In this document: positions 23,137 through 31,606 of the stretch, piece after piece
Layout: the number at the start of each line of letters is the position of its first letter
How positions within the stretch are numbered: position 1 is the stretch's first letter
Origin: Halorhodospira halophila SL1
Lineage (GTDB): Bacteria; Pseudomonadota; Gammaproteobacteria; Nitrococcales; Halorhodospiraceae
DNA length: 32,000 nucleotides
Direction of reading: 5' to 3'
NCBI RefSeq assembly: GCF_000015585.1
Contig: NC_008789.1
Location: forward strand, 2,190,001 to 2,222,000
Program-made: the position numbers and the translations under genes
Notes under the pieces: model-generated
Seen by the model: the letters and a program-made list of their open reading frames with translations, nothing else
Databases searched by the model: none
What the model was told of the DNA's origin: nothing

Positions 23137-25123
23137 CACGATCACCGGTCAGGGCATCCACCGGTAGGATGCGGATCGGCTGAGCCGGCTCCACGATGCG
23201 CAGATCCCCGGTAGCCAGCAGCTCTTCCACCACACGGACCCGCTCGCCGGGGGTAACCCCCCGGGCCTGGATCGCCGCCAACGGCCAACCGCTGTGGACC
23301 TGTTCCACTTCCAGGCTGACCAGCCACACCGAGGCCGCCTCACCGACCACGGTCATCGGCGCCGGCCACAATCGCAGCACCAACCGCCGCTGCTCATCCG
23401 CCGGGATCACTCGAATCAGCGCCGGCAGCCGCCCACGGTACCAGCGCGGCAGCGGCGCCATCCGATAGAGGTCCGGCTCAGGCTGCAGCCAGCGCAACGC
23501 CCCGTAGAGACGGCGCTCGGGCTCGTACCAGCCGGCGTCGTCCAGACGCGCCACCAGCGCCTCAGGCTCCGCCAACCACTGCAGATCCACCGCCCGACGC
23601 CCCCCGTCGAGCCAGCGCAGCTCCCGCCCGAACGGATGCGCCGGCCCCACCTCCAGCCACTCGGCCACCGTCAGCTGCGGCGGATCGGCCTGGGCCACGA
23701 AGCGTTCCCGCTCCTGCGGGAGGATCAGGGCCGCCTTCACCGCCACGGCCCCCACCAGGACCAAGGCCACGATGGCCGGCAGGGTCCGTTCCGGCAGGCG
23801 CCGCTGCGAGGCGCTGCGGGCCAGGACCACCAGCCCGGCAATGACCACGCCGAGGAGCAGACCACCCAGCGCATCCGCCAGCCACAGGTCACCGACCACC
23901 ACGCCGCCGATGGCGGCCAGCAGCGGAATCGCCACCCCCACCACCTGCACCGGGCGCCGTAGCGGACCGTAGGCCACCGTGGCCAGGACACCCGAGGCGA
24001 GGACCAGCGTGGTAAACCCCGCCAGCGCCGGCGACGGGAAGCCCAGCGGCGGCGCCCCGCGGTAGAGCGCGACGGCGCTCCAGTTGCCGCTCACCATGCC
24101 GAGCAGCATCGCCAGCAGGGCCGCCGCGGGCACGATCAGGCCCAGTACCAGCGCCACGCGCAACCGCCCGCCCCAAGCCACCCAGGCCACCCCGGCCAGC
24201 CACGCCGGCACCCAGGCCTGGGGCTCAAGGAGCAGCGCCGGCATGACGAACAGGGCCCTCAGACCGGTATCCAGCTCGCTCATGAGCACCGCCAGCACCG
24301 CCTCGTCGACCAGCGTCGGCCCGCCCCACCAGCCCTGGTAGAGCGTCAGCACCGTCAGGGCGGCCAGCGCCGCCCACCAGATCCACCCGGCGCCGTAACT
24401 AAAGGCACGCAGGGCGTAACGGGGACCGCTGAGCACCTGGGCTGCCACCGGATGGACACGCCCCCAGGCACGGGCTCGCCAGGCGATCAGGGCCGCCGCC
24501 CGACGCAGCCGCGGCGCGAGCAGGTGGCGCGCCAGCCACCACCCCACCCACAGCACGACCAGCGCGATCAGCAGCAGGGCACCCAGGCGCAGCGAAACCG
24601 AGGCGGCCACCGCCAACGAGGCCCCGAAAACCATACCGGGCAGCAGATAGGCCGGCGCCCAGAGCACCGCGGAGATCAGATTGACCACCAGGAAGGGGCG
24701 CGGGGGCATGCTCATCATGCCGGCAATCGCCGGGATGATGCCCCGCAGCGGGCCGACGAAGCGCCCGAAGAACAGGCTCTTGCCCCCGTGGGCGGCGAAG
24801 AAGGCGTCCCCCTTGGCGAGGGCACCGGGATAGCGACGCAGGGGCCAGTAGGTCCGCAGGCGGTCGCCGAAGTGACGACCCAGCCAATAGCTGATGGAGT
24901 CGCCAATGAAGGCGCCCGTGAAAGCGGCGATCAGGCTCGGCCCCAGCTCCAGGTGCCCCGTCCCCACCAGGGCACCGGCGAAGAAGAGCAGGGTGGCTCC
25001 GGGGACGATCAGACCGGCCACCACCACCCCCTCGCAAAGGGCGATGAGGAAGATGACCAGGGTGGCCCACCCCGGGTGAGCGGCCACCCAGTCGAGCACC
25101 CCCGTAATCCAGGTGAGATCCAT
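23129..25123 (-). CDS. Multi-domain membrane protein: DedA (SNARE-associated) domain, PAP2-like TM domain with apparently degenerate catalytic motifs, and a LssY-like C-terminal domain
   Basis: N-terminus LVIFLIALCEGVVVAGLIVPGATLLFFAGALVG...FIGDSISYWLGRHFG...GGKSLFFGRFVGPLRGIIPAIAGM is DedA. The mid region has FPSPALAG where PAP2 has PSGH, and VGDLWLADALGG where PAP2 has GVHWPSDVLxG. The soluble C-terminal ~190 aa resemble LssY_C as I recall that fusion family. Confidence 0.75.
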   Translation of the reverse strand: MDLTWITGVLDWVAAHPGWATLVIFLIALCEGVVVAGLIVPGATLLFFAGALVGTGHLELGPSLIAAFTGAFIGDSISYWLGRHFGDRLRTYWPLRRYPGALAKGDAFFAAHGGKSLFFGRFVGPLRGIIPAIAGMMSMPPRPFLVVNLISAVLWAPAYLLPGMVFGASLAVAASVSLRLGALLLIALVVLWVGWWLARHLLAPRLRRAAALIAWRARAWGRVHPVAAQVLSGPRYALRAFSYGAGWIWWAALAALTVLTLYQGWWGGPTLVDEAVLAVLMSELDTGLRALFVMPALLLEPQAWVPAWLAGVAWVAWGGRLRVALVLGLIVPAAALLAMLLGMVSGNWSAVALYRGAPPLGFPSPALAGFTTLVLASGVLATVAYGPLRRPVQVVGVAIPLLAAIGGVVVGDLWLADALGGLLLGVVIAGLVVLARSASQRRLPERTLPAIVALVLVGAVAVKAALILPQERERFVAQADPPQLTVAEWLEVGPAHPFGRELRWLDGGRRAVDLQWLAEPEALVARLDDAGWYEPERRLYGALRWLQPEPDLYRMAPLPRWYRGRLPALIRVIPADEQRRLVLRLWPAPMTVVGEAASVWLVSLEVEQVHSGWPLAAIQARGVTPGERVRVVEELLATGDLRIVEPAQPIRILPVDALTGDRAR

Positions 25124-25174
25124 CCGTCAGCGCTCTAAGCCGTCAGTAGCCGCATGGGCGCAGCCCGGCCGCAG

Positions 25175-25209
25175 AAAAAAAATCCGGAGGGGCCGCAGCC
25201 CCGCCGGAT
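25175..25209 (-). terminator. Rho-independent terminator downstream of hemL
   Basis: On the - strand: ATCCGG-C-GGGGC TGC GGCCCC-T-CCGGAT followed by eight Ts (the + strand A run at 25175-25182). Located 47 nt after the hemL stop. Confidence 0.8.
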
Positions 25210-25255
25210 CGTCGGATACCAGGGCCGGGACCCGCAGGCCCCGGCGCGGTCTCGC

Positions 25256-26536
25256 TCAGACGCGGGCGAAGGCGCGCTCGGCAGCGTCCAGGGTCTCCTG
25301 CACGGCGTTATCGTCGTGGGCCAGCGAGACGAAGCCGGCCTCGAAGGCCGCCGGGGCCAGGTAGACCCCCTCGTCGAGCATGGCGTGGAAGAAGCGGTTG
25401 AACGCATCCAGGTCGCACGCCTTGACCTGCTCGAAACGGGTCACCGGCGCGTCGTCGGTGAAGAACAGGCCGAACATGCTGCCCGCTTGGTTGGTGGCCA
25501 GCGGGATGCCCGCGGCGTCGGCGCGCTCCTTGATGCCGTCGACCACCCGCGTGGTGGTCTGCTCCAGCCCCTCGAAGGCACCCGGCGCAGTGATCCGCTC
25601 CAGGGTCGCCAGCCCGGCGGCCATGGTCACCGGGTTTCCGGAGAGCGTCCCGGCCTGGTAGACCCCACCGGTCGGGGCCAGCCCCTCCATGATCTCGCGC
25701 CGGCCGCCGAAGGCGCCGACCGGCATGCCGCCGCCGACGACCTTGCCCAGGCACGTCAGATCCGGGGTGATGCCGTAGCGCCCCTGGGCGCACTGCGGCC
25801 CGACGCGGAAGCCGGTCATCACCTCATCGAAGATCAGCAGGGCGTCGGTGCGGTCGCAGACCTCGCGCAGCTTCTCCAGGAAGCCGGGCACTGGCGGCAC
25901 GCAGTTCATGTTGCCGGCCACCGGCTCGACGATGACCGCAGCGATCTCGCTGCCGTGTTCGTTGAAGCACTGCTCCACCGCCTCGATATCGTTATAGGGC
26001 ACAGTGAGCGTCTCGGCGACCACCGCCTCGGGGACACCGGGACAACCGGGCACGCCCAGGGTCAGGGCGCCGGAGCCGGCCTGCGCCAGCAGGGCGTCGA
26101 CGTGACCGTGATAGTTGCCCTGGAACTTGACGATCTTGTCGCGACCGGTAAAGCCGCGGGCCAGGCGCAGGGCACTCATGGTCGCCTCGGTGCCGGAGTT
26201 GACCAGGCGCACCATCTCCAGCGACGGCACGTGCTGGCAGAGGGTGCGGGCCATCTCCACCTCGAGCTCCACCGGGGTGCCGAAGGAGAGCCCCTTGGCG
26301 GCGGTCTCCTGAACGCGCCGGACGATCTCCGGGTCGGCGTGCCCGGCGACCAGCGGCCCCCAGGAACAGACGTAATCGACGTAGCGCTTGCCGTCCACGT
26401 CCCACATATACGGCCCCTCGCCGCGCTCGAAGAAGATCGGCTCGCCACCGACCCCCTTGAACGCGCGCACCGGGGAGTTGACGCCCCCGGGGATCAGCTC
26501 CCGGGCCTGCTGGAATAACTGATGGGTGCGCTGCAT
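25256..26536 (-). CDS. hemL: Glutamate-1-semialdehyde 2,1-aminomutase
   Basis: [61 protein letters not shown]...[10 protein letters not shown]...[17 protein letters not shown] is the canonical HemL pattern. Confidence 0.97.
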   Translation of the reverse strand: MQRTHQLFQQARELIPGGVNSPVRAFKGVGGEPIFFERGEGPYMWDVDGKRYVDYVCSWGPLVAGHADPEIVRRVQETAAKGLSFGTPVELEVEMARTLCQHVPSLEMVRLVNSGTEATMSALRLARGFTGRDKIVKFQGNYHGHVDALLAQAGSGALTLGVPGCPGVPEAVVAETLTVPYNDIEAVEQCFNEHGSEIAAVIVEPVAGNMNCVPPVPGFLEKLREVCDRTDALLIFDEVMTGFRVGPQCAQGRYGITPDLTCLGKVVGGGMPVGAFGGRREIMEGLAPTGGVYQAGTLSGNPVTMAAGLATLERITAPGAFEGLEQTTTRVVDGIKERADAAGIPLATNQAGSMFGLFFTDDAPVTRFEQVKACDLDAFNRFFHAMLDEGVYLAPAAFEAGFVSLAHDDNAVQETLDAAERAFARV

Positions 26537-26578
26537 GGGTACTCCTCTTGTCTTGTGATTCGGTATCAGGACGGGATT

Positions 26579-27208
26579 CTACCGACTGCGCTGCCACTGG
26601 GCGACGAGCTGCCGGGCGGCCGCCTCCGGATCCTCGGCGGCGAACAGGGCACTGACCACGGCGGCGGCATCGGCCCCGGCGGCAGCCACCTCATGGATAT
26701 TGCCGGCGTCGATGCCGCCGATGGCCACCGTCGGGCAGCCCGTGGCCTCGCGCCCGCTGCGCAGAAGCTCCATGGGCGCGAGCCCGGATTCGGGCTTGGT
26801 TGGCGACGGGAAGATGCTGCCGAAGGCCACGTAGTCGGCGCCCTCGGCCACCAACCGACGGGCGCGATCCAGATCGTCGTAGCACGACACACCGATCCAG
26901 GCGGTGTCGCCCAGCTGCTGCCGGGCCGCCACCACGGCCCCGTCGTCGCGGCCCAGATGCACACCGTGGGCCGCCACGGCCGCGGCCAGGTCCACATCGT
27001 CGTTGACCAGGAACAGGGCGCCGTACTCCTCACACAGCCGGCACAGGGCGCCCGCCTCCTCGCGACGGCGGTCGGCATCCTCACTCTTGTCGCGGTACTG
27101 GACGATACCCACGCCGCCCCGCAGGACCGCCGCCACGGCCTCCTGAAGATCGGGGCGGGGCTGGGTCACCGCATAGACCCCGGCCAGTTGACTCGGTTGC
27201 TTGTTCAC
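26579..27208 (-). CDS. thiE: Thiamine-phosphate synthase
   Basis: GVYAVTQP...AVLRGGVGIVQYRDK...LFLVNDDVDLAAAVAAHGVHLGRDDG...IGVSCYD...GADYVAFGSIFPSPTKP...TVAIGGI. GTG start. Confidence 0.92.
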   Translation of the reverse strand: MNKQPSQLAGVYAVTQPRPDLQEAVAAVLRGGVGIVQYRDKSEDADRRREEAGALCRLCEEYGALFLVNDDVDLAAAVAAHGVHLGRDDGAVVAARQQLGDTAWIGVSCYDDLDRARRLVAEGADYVAFGSIFPSPTKPESGLAPMELLRSGREATGCPTVAIGGIDAGNIHEVAAAGADAAAVVSALFAAEDPEAAARQLVAQWQRSR

Positions 27209-27215
27209 TTCGACC

Positions 27216-27386
27216 TCAAACCTCCATCACCTCGAAGGCCTCCTTGCCGGCGCTGCACTCCGGGCAGAGGAATTCCTCCGGCAAGTCCTCGAACGGGGTG
27301 CCCGGCTCAATCCCCTGCTCCGGGACCCCCTGGCTCTCGTCGTACATCCACCCGCATACGGTACAAACCCAGACACGCTCCGCCAC
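27216..27386 (-). CDS. Rubredoxin (56 aa; below the ORF-track size cutoff)
   Basis: My own - strand translation: [56 protein letters not shown], then stop. It has both Cys pairs (CTVCG, CPEC) and the conserved aromatic/acidic core. AAGGAGGGGG SD 4 nt upstream of the GTG. The stop is 7 nt before the thiE start. Confidence 0.85.
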   Translation of the reverse strand: MAERVWVCTVCGWMYDESQGVPEQGIEPGTPFEDLPEEFLCPECSAGKEAFEVMEV

Positions 27387-27419
27387 GGTGCCCCCTCCTT
27401 ATCGGATTTTCAGCCTGAA

Positions 27420-28751
27420 TCACTCTACCAAAGCCTGCCCGCGCGCCCGACCCCGCGCCTCGTCGACCCCCCAGGCCACCACCAGCGCGCCGGCAAACAG
27501 CACGGCGCAGAGCAGGATCGCCGACTGCAGACCCACGGCCGCCTGCAGCGCCCCCACTGCCACCAGGCCGAAGGCGGCAGCCAGCTTGGTCGCCAGCCCC
27601 CAGAACCCGAAGAACTCCGCCGCACGTCCCGGCGGAGCGAACAGCCCCACCAGCGTCCGCCCGGCCGACTGGCACGACCCCAGGGCCAGCCCCGCGGCCA
27701 CCCCGGCGGTCAGGAAGACGTACTGCGCCTGCCACTCCGTGCCCAGCCAACGATTGAGCCACTCGGTCAGCTCCGGGGTCACCCAGATCAGCAGGATCGC
27801 CGCTACCCACATCACCAGGGTCACCATGTAGGTGCGCAGGGCACCGAAGCGGTCCTGGATCACCCCGAAGCCGATGGCGCCGGCCGCCGCGGAGAACTGG
27901 GTGACCACGAACATGATCAGGCGCGCCCGCTCATCCCAGCCGATGACCTGTGCACCGTAGATGAAGGCGTAGGCGATGACGATGGCCAGCCCCGACATGG
28001 CCATCAGCAGCGAGATCATGAACACCCCCAGGTCACGCAGATAACCGAGGCTGCGCACGGTCTGCCCCACCCGCTGGATACCGAGGCGAACGTAGCCCTG
28101 TCCGGCCGGCAGGCGCCGGGGCTGCCCGCGCTCGCGCAGCCACAGGAAGGTGGGGATGGCACAGAGCAGGAAAAAGGCGGCAGCAAAGGGGCCCACCCAG
28201 CGGATGCGGTCGAAGTTCTCCTTGCTGACCTCACCGAGCAGCAGCACCGTGAACGCGGTGGCGAACAGCCCACCGAGGTAGCCCAAGGACCAGCCCAACC
28301 CGGAGACCCGCCCCATCTCCTGCGGCCCGGCGATATCCGGCAGGAAACCGGCGATGAACGCCTCGCCCATGGAGTAGGCGTAGCTGGAGAGGACAATCAG
28401 CACGAAGCCGAGCACCACGTAGCCGGGCTCCACCCAGTAGAGCGCGGCGGTGGCGGCCACCGTGGTGACGTAGCTCAGGAACAGGAAGCGACGCTTGGCC
28501 GCCGCGTAGTCCATGACCGCACCGAACACCGGGGCGGTGGCCACCACCCCCAGGTAGCTCAGCGCCAGGGCCGTGCTCCAGAGCAGGTTGCCCAGGCGGT
28601 AGTCGTCACCGGCGTCGCCGACGATGACCCGGGTGAACAGATCGCCGTAGATGACGGTGATGATCAGCAGGGTGTAGGCCTGGTTGGCGAAATCGAACAT
28701 CGCCCAACCAAACACCTCGCGCCGCGGCGCCTTGCTGGTTGCCCAGACCAC
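27420..28751 (-). CDS. MFS transporter (UMF1/Atg22-like subfamily)
   Basis: 12-TM profile. N-terminus REVFGWAMFDFANQAYTLLIITVIY is what I recall for the UMF1/Atg22-like MFS group. GGAGG SD 5 nt before the GTG start. Confidence 0.85.
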   Translation of the reverse strand: MVWATSKAPRREVFGWAMFDFANQAYTLLIITVIYGDLFTRVIVGDAGDDYRLGNLLWSTALALSYLGVVATAPVFGAVMDYAAAKRRFLFLSYVTTVAATAALYWVEPGYVVLGFVLIVLSSYAYSMGEAFIAGFLPDIAGPQEMGRVSGLGWSLGYLGGLFATAFTVLLLGEVSKENFDRIRWVGPFAAAFFLLCAIPTFLWLRERGQPRRLPAGQGYVRLGIQRVGQTVRSLGYLRDLGVFMISLLMAMSGLAIVIAYAFIYGAQVIGWDERARLIMFVVTQFSAAAGAIGFGVIQDRFGALRTYMVTLVMWVAAILLIWVTPELTEWLNRWLGTEWQAQYVFLTAGVAAGLALGSCQSAGRTLVGLFAPPGRAAEFFGFWGLATKLAAAFGLVAVGALQAAVGLQSAILLCAVLFAGALVVAWGVDEARGRARGQALVE

Positions 28752-28849
28752 GGGACCTCCCGCCCATCGGCTGCCTCACGCTGGACACGGTACAGGGACG
28801 ACCGCGCTGCGGCTAGCAGCCAGCGGCGGAGTCCGGTACCCTGACAGGC

Positions 28850-30142
28850 ATGAGTGAAACCCACCTGACCGATCAGCGTTTTACCGACCTACCCATCCAC
28901 GACGCGGTGCTTGACGGGCTCGACGACGCCGGCCTGAGCCACTGCACGCCGATCCAGGCGGCGACCCTGCCCCGGACCCTGGCCGGCGGCAACATCGCCG
29001 GCGAGGCGCAGACCGGCACGGGCAAAACCGCCGCCTTCGTCGTCGCCACCCTCCACCACCTGATGAGCCATCCGGTGGAGGAGGACGCCGTCGGGCCGTG
29101 GGCCATCATGCTCGCCCCGACCCGCGAGCTGGCCCTGCAGATCTACAACGACGCCGAGCAGATCGGTGCCTACACCGGCCTGAAGTTCGCCGCCGTCTAC
29201 GGAGGCACCGGCTACGAGTCGCAGCGCAAGCAGCTCCAGGAAGGCGTCGACGTCATCATCGGCACCCCGGGGCGGATCATCGACTTCCACAAGCAGAAGG
29301 TCTTCAACCTGCGCAACATCGAAGTCGTGGTCCTCGACGAGGCCGACCGCATGTTCGACCTCGGCTTCATCTCGGACATCCGCTTCCTGCTGCGGCGCAT
29401 GCCGCCGGCCGATCAGCGGCTCAACCTGCTGTTCTCCGCCACCCTCTCCTACCGGGTCATGGAGCTGGCCTGGGAGCACATGGGGGATCCACCCCGGGTC
29501 GCCGTCGAGAGCGAACAGCGCACCGCCGATCACGTCCGGCAGACGCTCTACCACATCGCCAAGGAGGACAAGACCTCCTTCGTGGTGGGCCTGCTGCAGC
29601 ACATCGACCCGCGGCGCACGCTGATCTTCGCCAACACCAAGCGGGCCGCCGAGCGCCTGGTGGGCTATCTCAAGGGCAATGGCATCGAGGCGGCGGTCAT
29701 CTCCGGCGACATCCCGCAGAACAAGCGCGAGCAGCTGCTCGAGCAGTTCCGCACCGGCGAGCTGCCCGTGCTGGTCGGCACCGACGTGGCCGCCCGCGGT
29801 CTGCACATCGACGCCGTGAGCCACGTCATCAACTTCGATCTGCCCCACGACCCCGAAGACTACGTCCACCGCATCGGGCGCACGGCACGCGCCGGCGAGA
29901 GTGGCGACGCCATCTCACTGGCCTGCGATGAGTACGTCTTCTCGCTGCCGGACATCGAGGCGTACCTGGCCGAAAAGATTCCCTCCGCGCCACCGCCGGC
30001 GGAGTACTTCGCCGAACTGGAAGCGCCGAAGATGCCGCGCAAGCCGCGCAACGGCGGCGGCCCGAGGCGCTCCGGCGGCGGCCAGAGCGGCCGCTCTTCG
30101 TCGTCGCGGCGGCGCAGTGGCGGTGCACGGACGTCGCGCTGA
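28850..30142 (+). CDS. rhlB: ATP-dependent RNA helicase RhlB (DEAD-box)
   Basis: MSETHLTDQRFTDLPIHDAVLDGLDDAGLSHCTPIQAATLPRTLAGGNIAGEAQTGTGKTAAF is close to the E. coli RhlB N-terminus. DEAD, SAT and HRIGRTARAG motifs are present, with an Arg/Gly/Ser-rich tail. Confidence 0.9.
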   Translation: MSETHLTDQRFTDLPIHDAVLDGLDDAGLSHCTPIQAATLPRTLAGGNIAGEAQTGTGKTAAFVVATLHHLMSHPVEEDAVGPWAIMLAPTRELALQIYNDAEQIGAYTGLKFAAVYGGTGYESQRKQLQEGVDVIIGTPGRIIDFHKQKVFNLRNIEVVVLDEADRMFDLGFISDIRFLLRRMPPADQRLNLLFSATLSYRVMELAWEHMGDPPRVAVESEQRTADHVRQTLYHIAKEDKTSFVVGLLQHIDPRRTLIFANTKRAAERLVGYLKGNGIEAAVISGDIPQNKREQLLEQFRTGELPVLVGTDVAARGLHIDAVSHVINFDLPHDPEDYVHRIGRTARAGESGDAISLACDEYVFSLPDIEAYLAEKIPSAPPPAEYFAELEAPKMPRKPRNGGGPRRSGGGQSGRSSSSRRRSGGARTSR

Positions 30143-30230
30143 GGGCATCTATCTGGTCTCGCCCTGCCGGGGCGTGTCATAGTCAGAGCCACACGGCCGC
30201 CCCCGGGGCAGACAAGGCGATCGGGAGACC

Positions 30231-30665
30231 ATGTACGACTTCCTCAGCTACCGCGTAAGCGACTACATGACCGCCGAGCCGAAGACAGTGGGGCACGACA
30301 CCCCGCTGCGCGAGCTCCAGCGGCTGTTCGACGGCCACGACTTCAACGGCGTCCCGGTGGTCGACGAACAGGGCCAGCTCCTCGGGCTGGCCACCAAGCT
30401 CGACCTGCTCAAGGCGTTCACCTTCACCCCGGACGCCATGGTGCCGCGCTACGACGCCATCATGGAGCGCCCGGTCCACGAAGTCATGACCCGCGAGCCG
30501 ATCACGGTGGCACCGGACCTGCCCCTGACCCGCGTCCTCCAGCGCATGGTGGACATGCGCACCAAGGGCTTCCCGGTGGTCGATGACAGCAGCCGCGTGG
30601 TCGGCGTGATCGCCCGCGAGGACCTGCTCGGCGCCCTGCGGGACGCCACCCGCGGCACCGGCTAG
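30231..30665 (+). CDS. Stand-alone CBS-pair domain protein
   Basis: Two CBS repeats: VSDYMTAEPKTVGHDTPLRELQRLFDGHDFNGVPVVDEQGQLLGLATKLDLL and VHEVMTREPITVAPDLPLTRVLQRMVDMRTKGFPVVDDSSRVVGVIAREDLL. Confidence 0.88.
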   Translation: MYDFLSYRVSDYMTAEPKTVGHDTPLRELQRLFDGHDFNGVPVVDEQGQLLGLATKLDLLKAFTFTPDAMVPRYDAIMERPVHEVMTREPITVAPDLPLTRVLQRMVDMRTKGFPVVDDSSRVVGVIAREDLLGALRDATRGTG

Positions 30666-30685
30666 GCAACAGAGGCCAGCACCCC

Positions 30686-31591
30686 ATGAACCCGTCTACC
30701 CTGGTCGGCATCATCGGCGGGTTGATCCTGGTCGGCTCGGTGCTGTTCATCGCCGCCGAAGAGGCCCTGGTCTTCCTCAACCTCCCCGGCCTGGCGATCG
30801 TCCTCGGCGGCACCCTGGCCGCCACCTTCCTCGCCTACCCCATGGACGAGGTGCTGCGCGTCTTCCGTCTGGTGTGGATCGTCATCCGCAACGAGCGCGT
30901 CTACACCCGCGACGACATGGAAGAGCTGATCCGCATCTCGCAGCTCTGGTTCAAGGGCGACGTGCGGGCCGTGGAGGACGCACTGGAGAACGTGGCCAAC
31001 CCGTTCCTGCGCACCGGGGTGCAGCTGCTCATCGACCTGACCCCGGAAGAGGACATCCTCGACCTGCTGCAGTGGCGCATCCAGCGGCTGCGCGCCAAGG
31101 AACACGCCGAGGCGCAGATCTTCCGGGTCATGGCGTCCTTCGCGCCGGCCTTCGGCATGATCGGCACCCTGGTGGGGCTGATCAACATGATGTTCATCCT
31201 CGACGACGGCGATATCGCCCAGATCGGCCAGCAGATGGGTGTGGCGCTGCTCACCACCTTCTACGGCATCCTGCTCGCCAATCTGGTGCTCAAACCCGTC
31301 GCAGTGAAGCTTGAGCGGCGCACCGAACAACGCCTGGTGACCCTGAACATGATCCTCCAGGGCATCTCGCTGATGTGCCAGAAGCGCAACCCGACCCTGA
31401 TGCGGGAGACGCTCCACTCGTTCATCGCCCAGTATAAGGACGAGATCCGCGATCCGGACCTGATCCGACAACTGGAGGAAACCAGCCAGCGGGCGGCGGC
31501 CGCCGCTGGATCGCCCTCCGGCGGCCAGGGCGGCGGCAGTTCGGAGGCGCGCGCCGGCGGCGGAGACCGCCCCACCGGCGCCGAGCGCTAA
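30686..31591 (+). CDS. MotA/PomA-family stator proton-channel subunit
   Basis: 2 TM, a ~100-aa cytoplasmic loop, then 2 TM. Conserved TM3/TM4 region FAPAFGMIGTLVGLINM and GVALLTTFYGILLANLVLKPVAVKLE, including both Pro residues. Gly/Ser/Ala-rich tail. Starts 20 nt after the CBS gene. Confidence 0.85.
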   Translation: MNPSTLVGIIGGLILVGSVLFIAAEEALVFLNLPGLAIVLGGTLAATFLAYPMDEVLRVFRLVWIVIRNERVYTRDDMEELIRISQLWFKGDVRAVEDALENVANPFLRTGVQLLIDLTPEEDILDLLQWRIQRLRAKEHAEAQIFRVMASFAPAFGMIGTLVGLINMMFILDDGDIAQIGQQMGVALLTTFYGILLANLVLKPVAVKLERRTEQRLVTLNMILQGISLMCQKRNPTLMRETLHSFIAQYKDEIRDPDLIRQLEETSQRAAAAAGSPSGGQGGGSSEARAGGGDRPTGAER

Positions 31592-31606
31592 CCCCCGGGG
31601 CACGAC

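Noticed and set aside
27201-28844. 547-aa + strand ORF opposite the MFS transporter and rubredoxin
   Set aside because: A low-complexity His/Arg/Gly/Pro/Gln-rich translation spanning two opposite-strand genes and their spacer. The - strand genes have family motifs and strong SDs.
27387-28849. TPP riboswitch controlling thiE
   Set aside because: The rubredoxin-thiE leader is only 33 nt. The spacer upstream of the MFS gene (28752-28849, - strand) lacks the conserved CUGAGA and ACCUGAUCUGGAUAAUGCCAGCG-like THI-box elements when read by eye.
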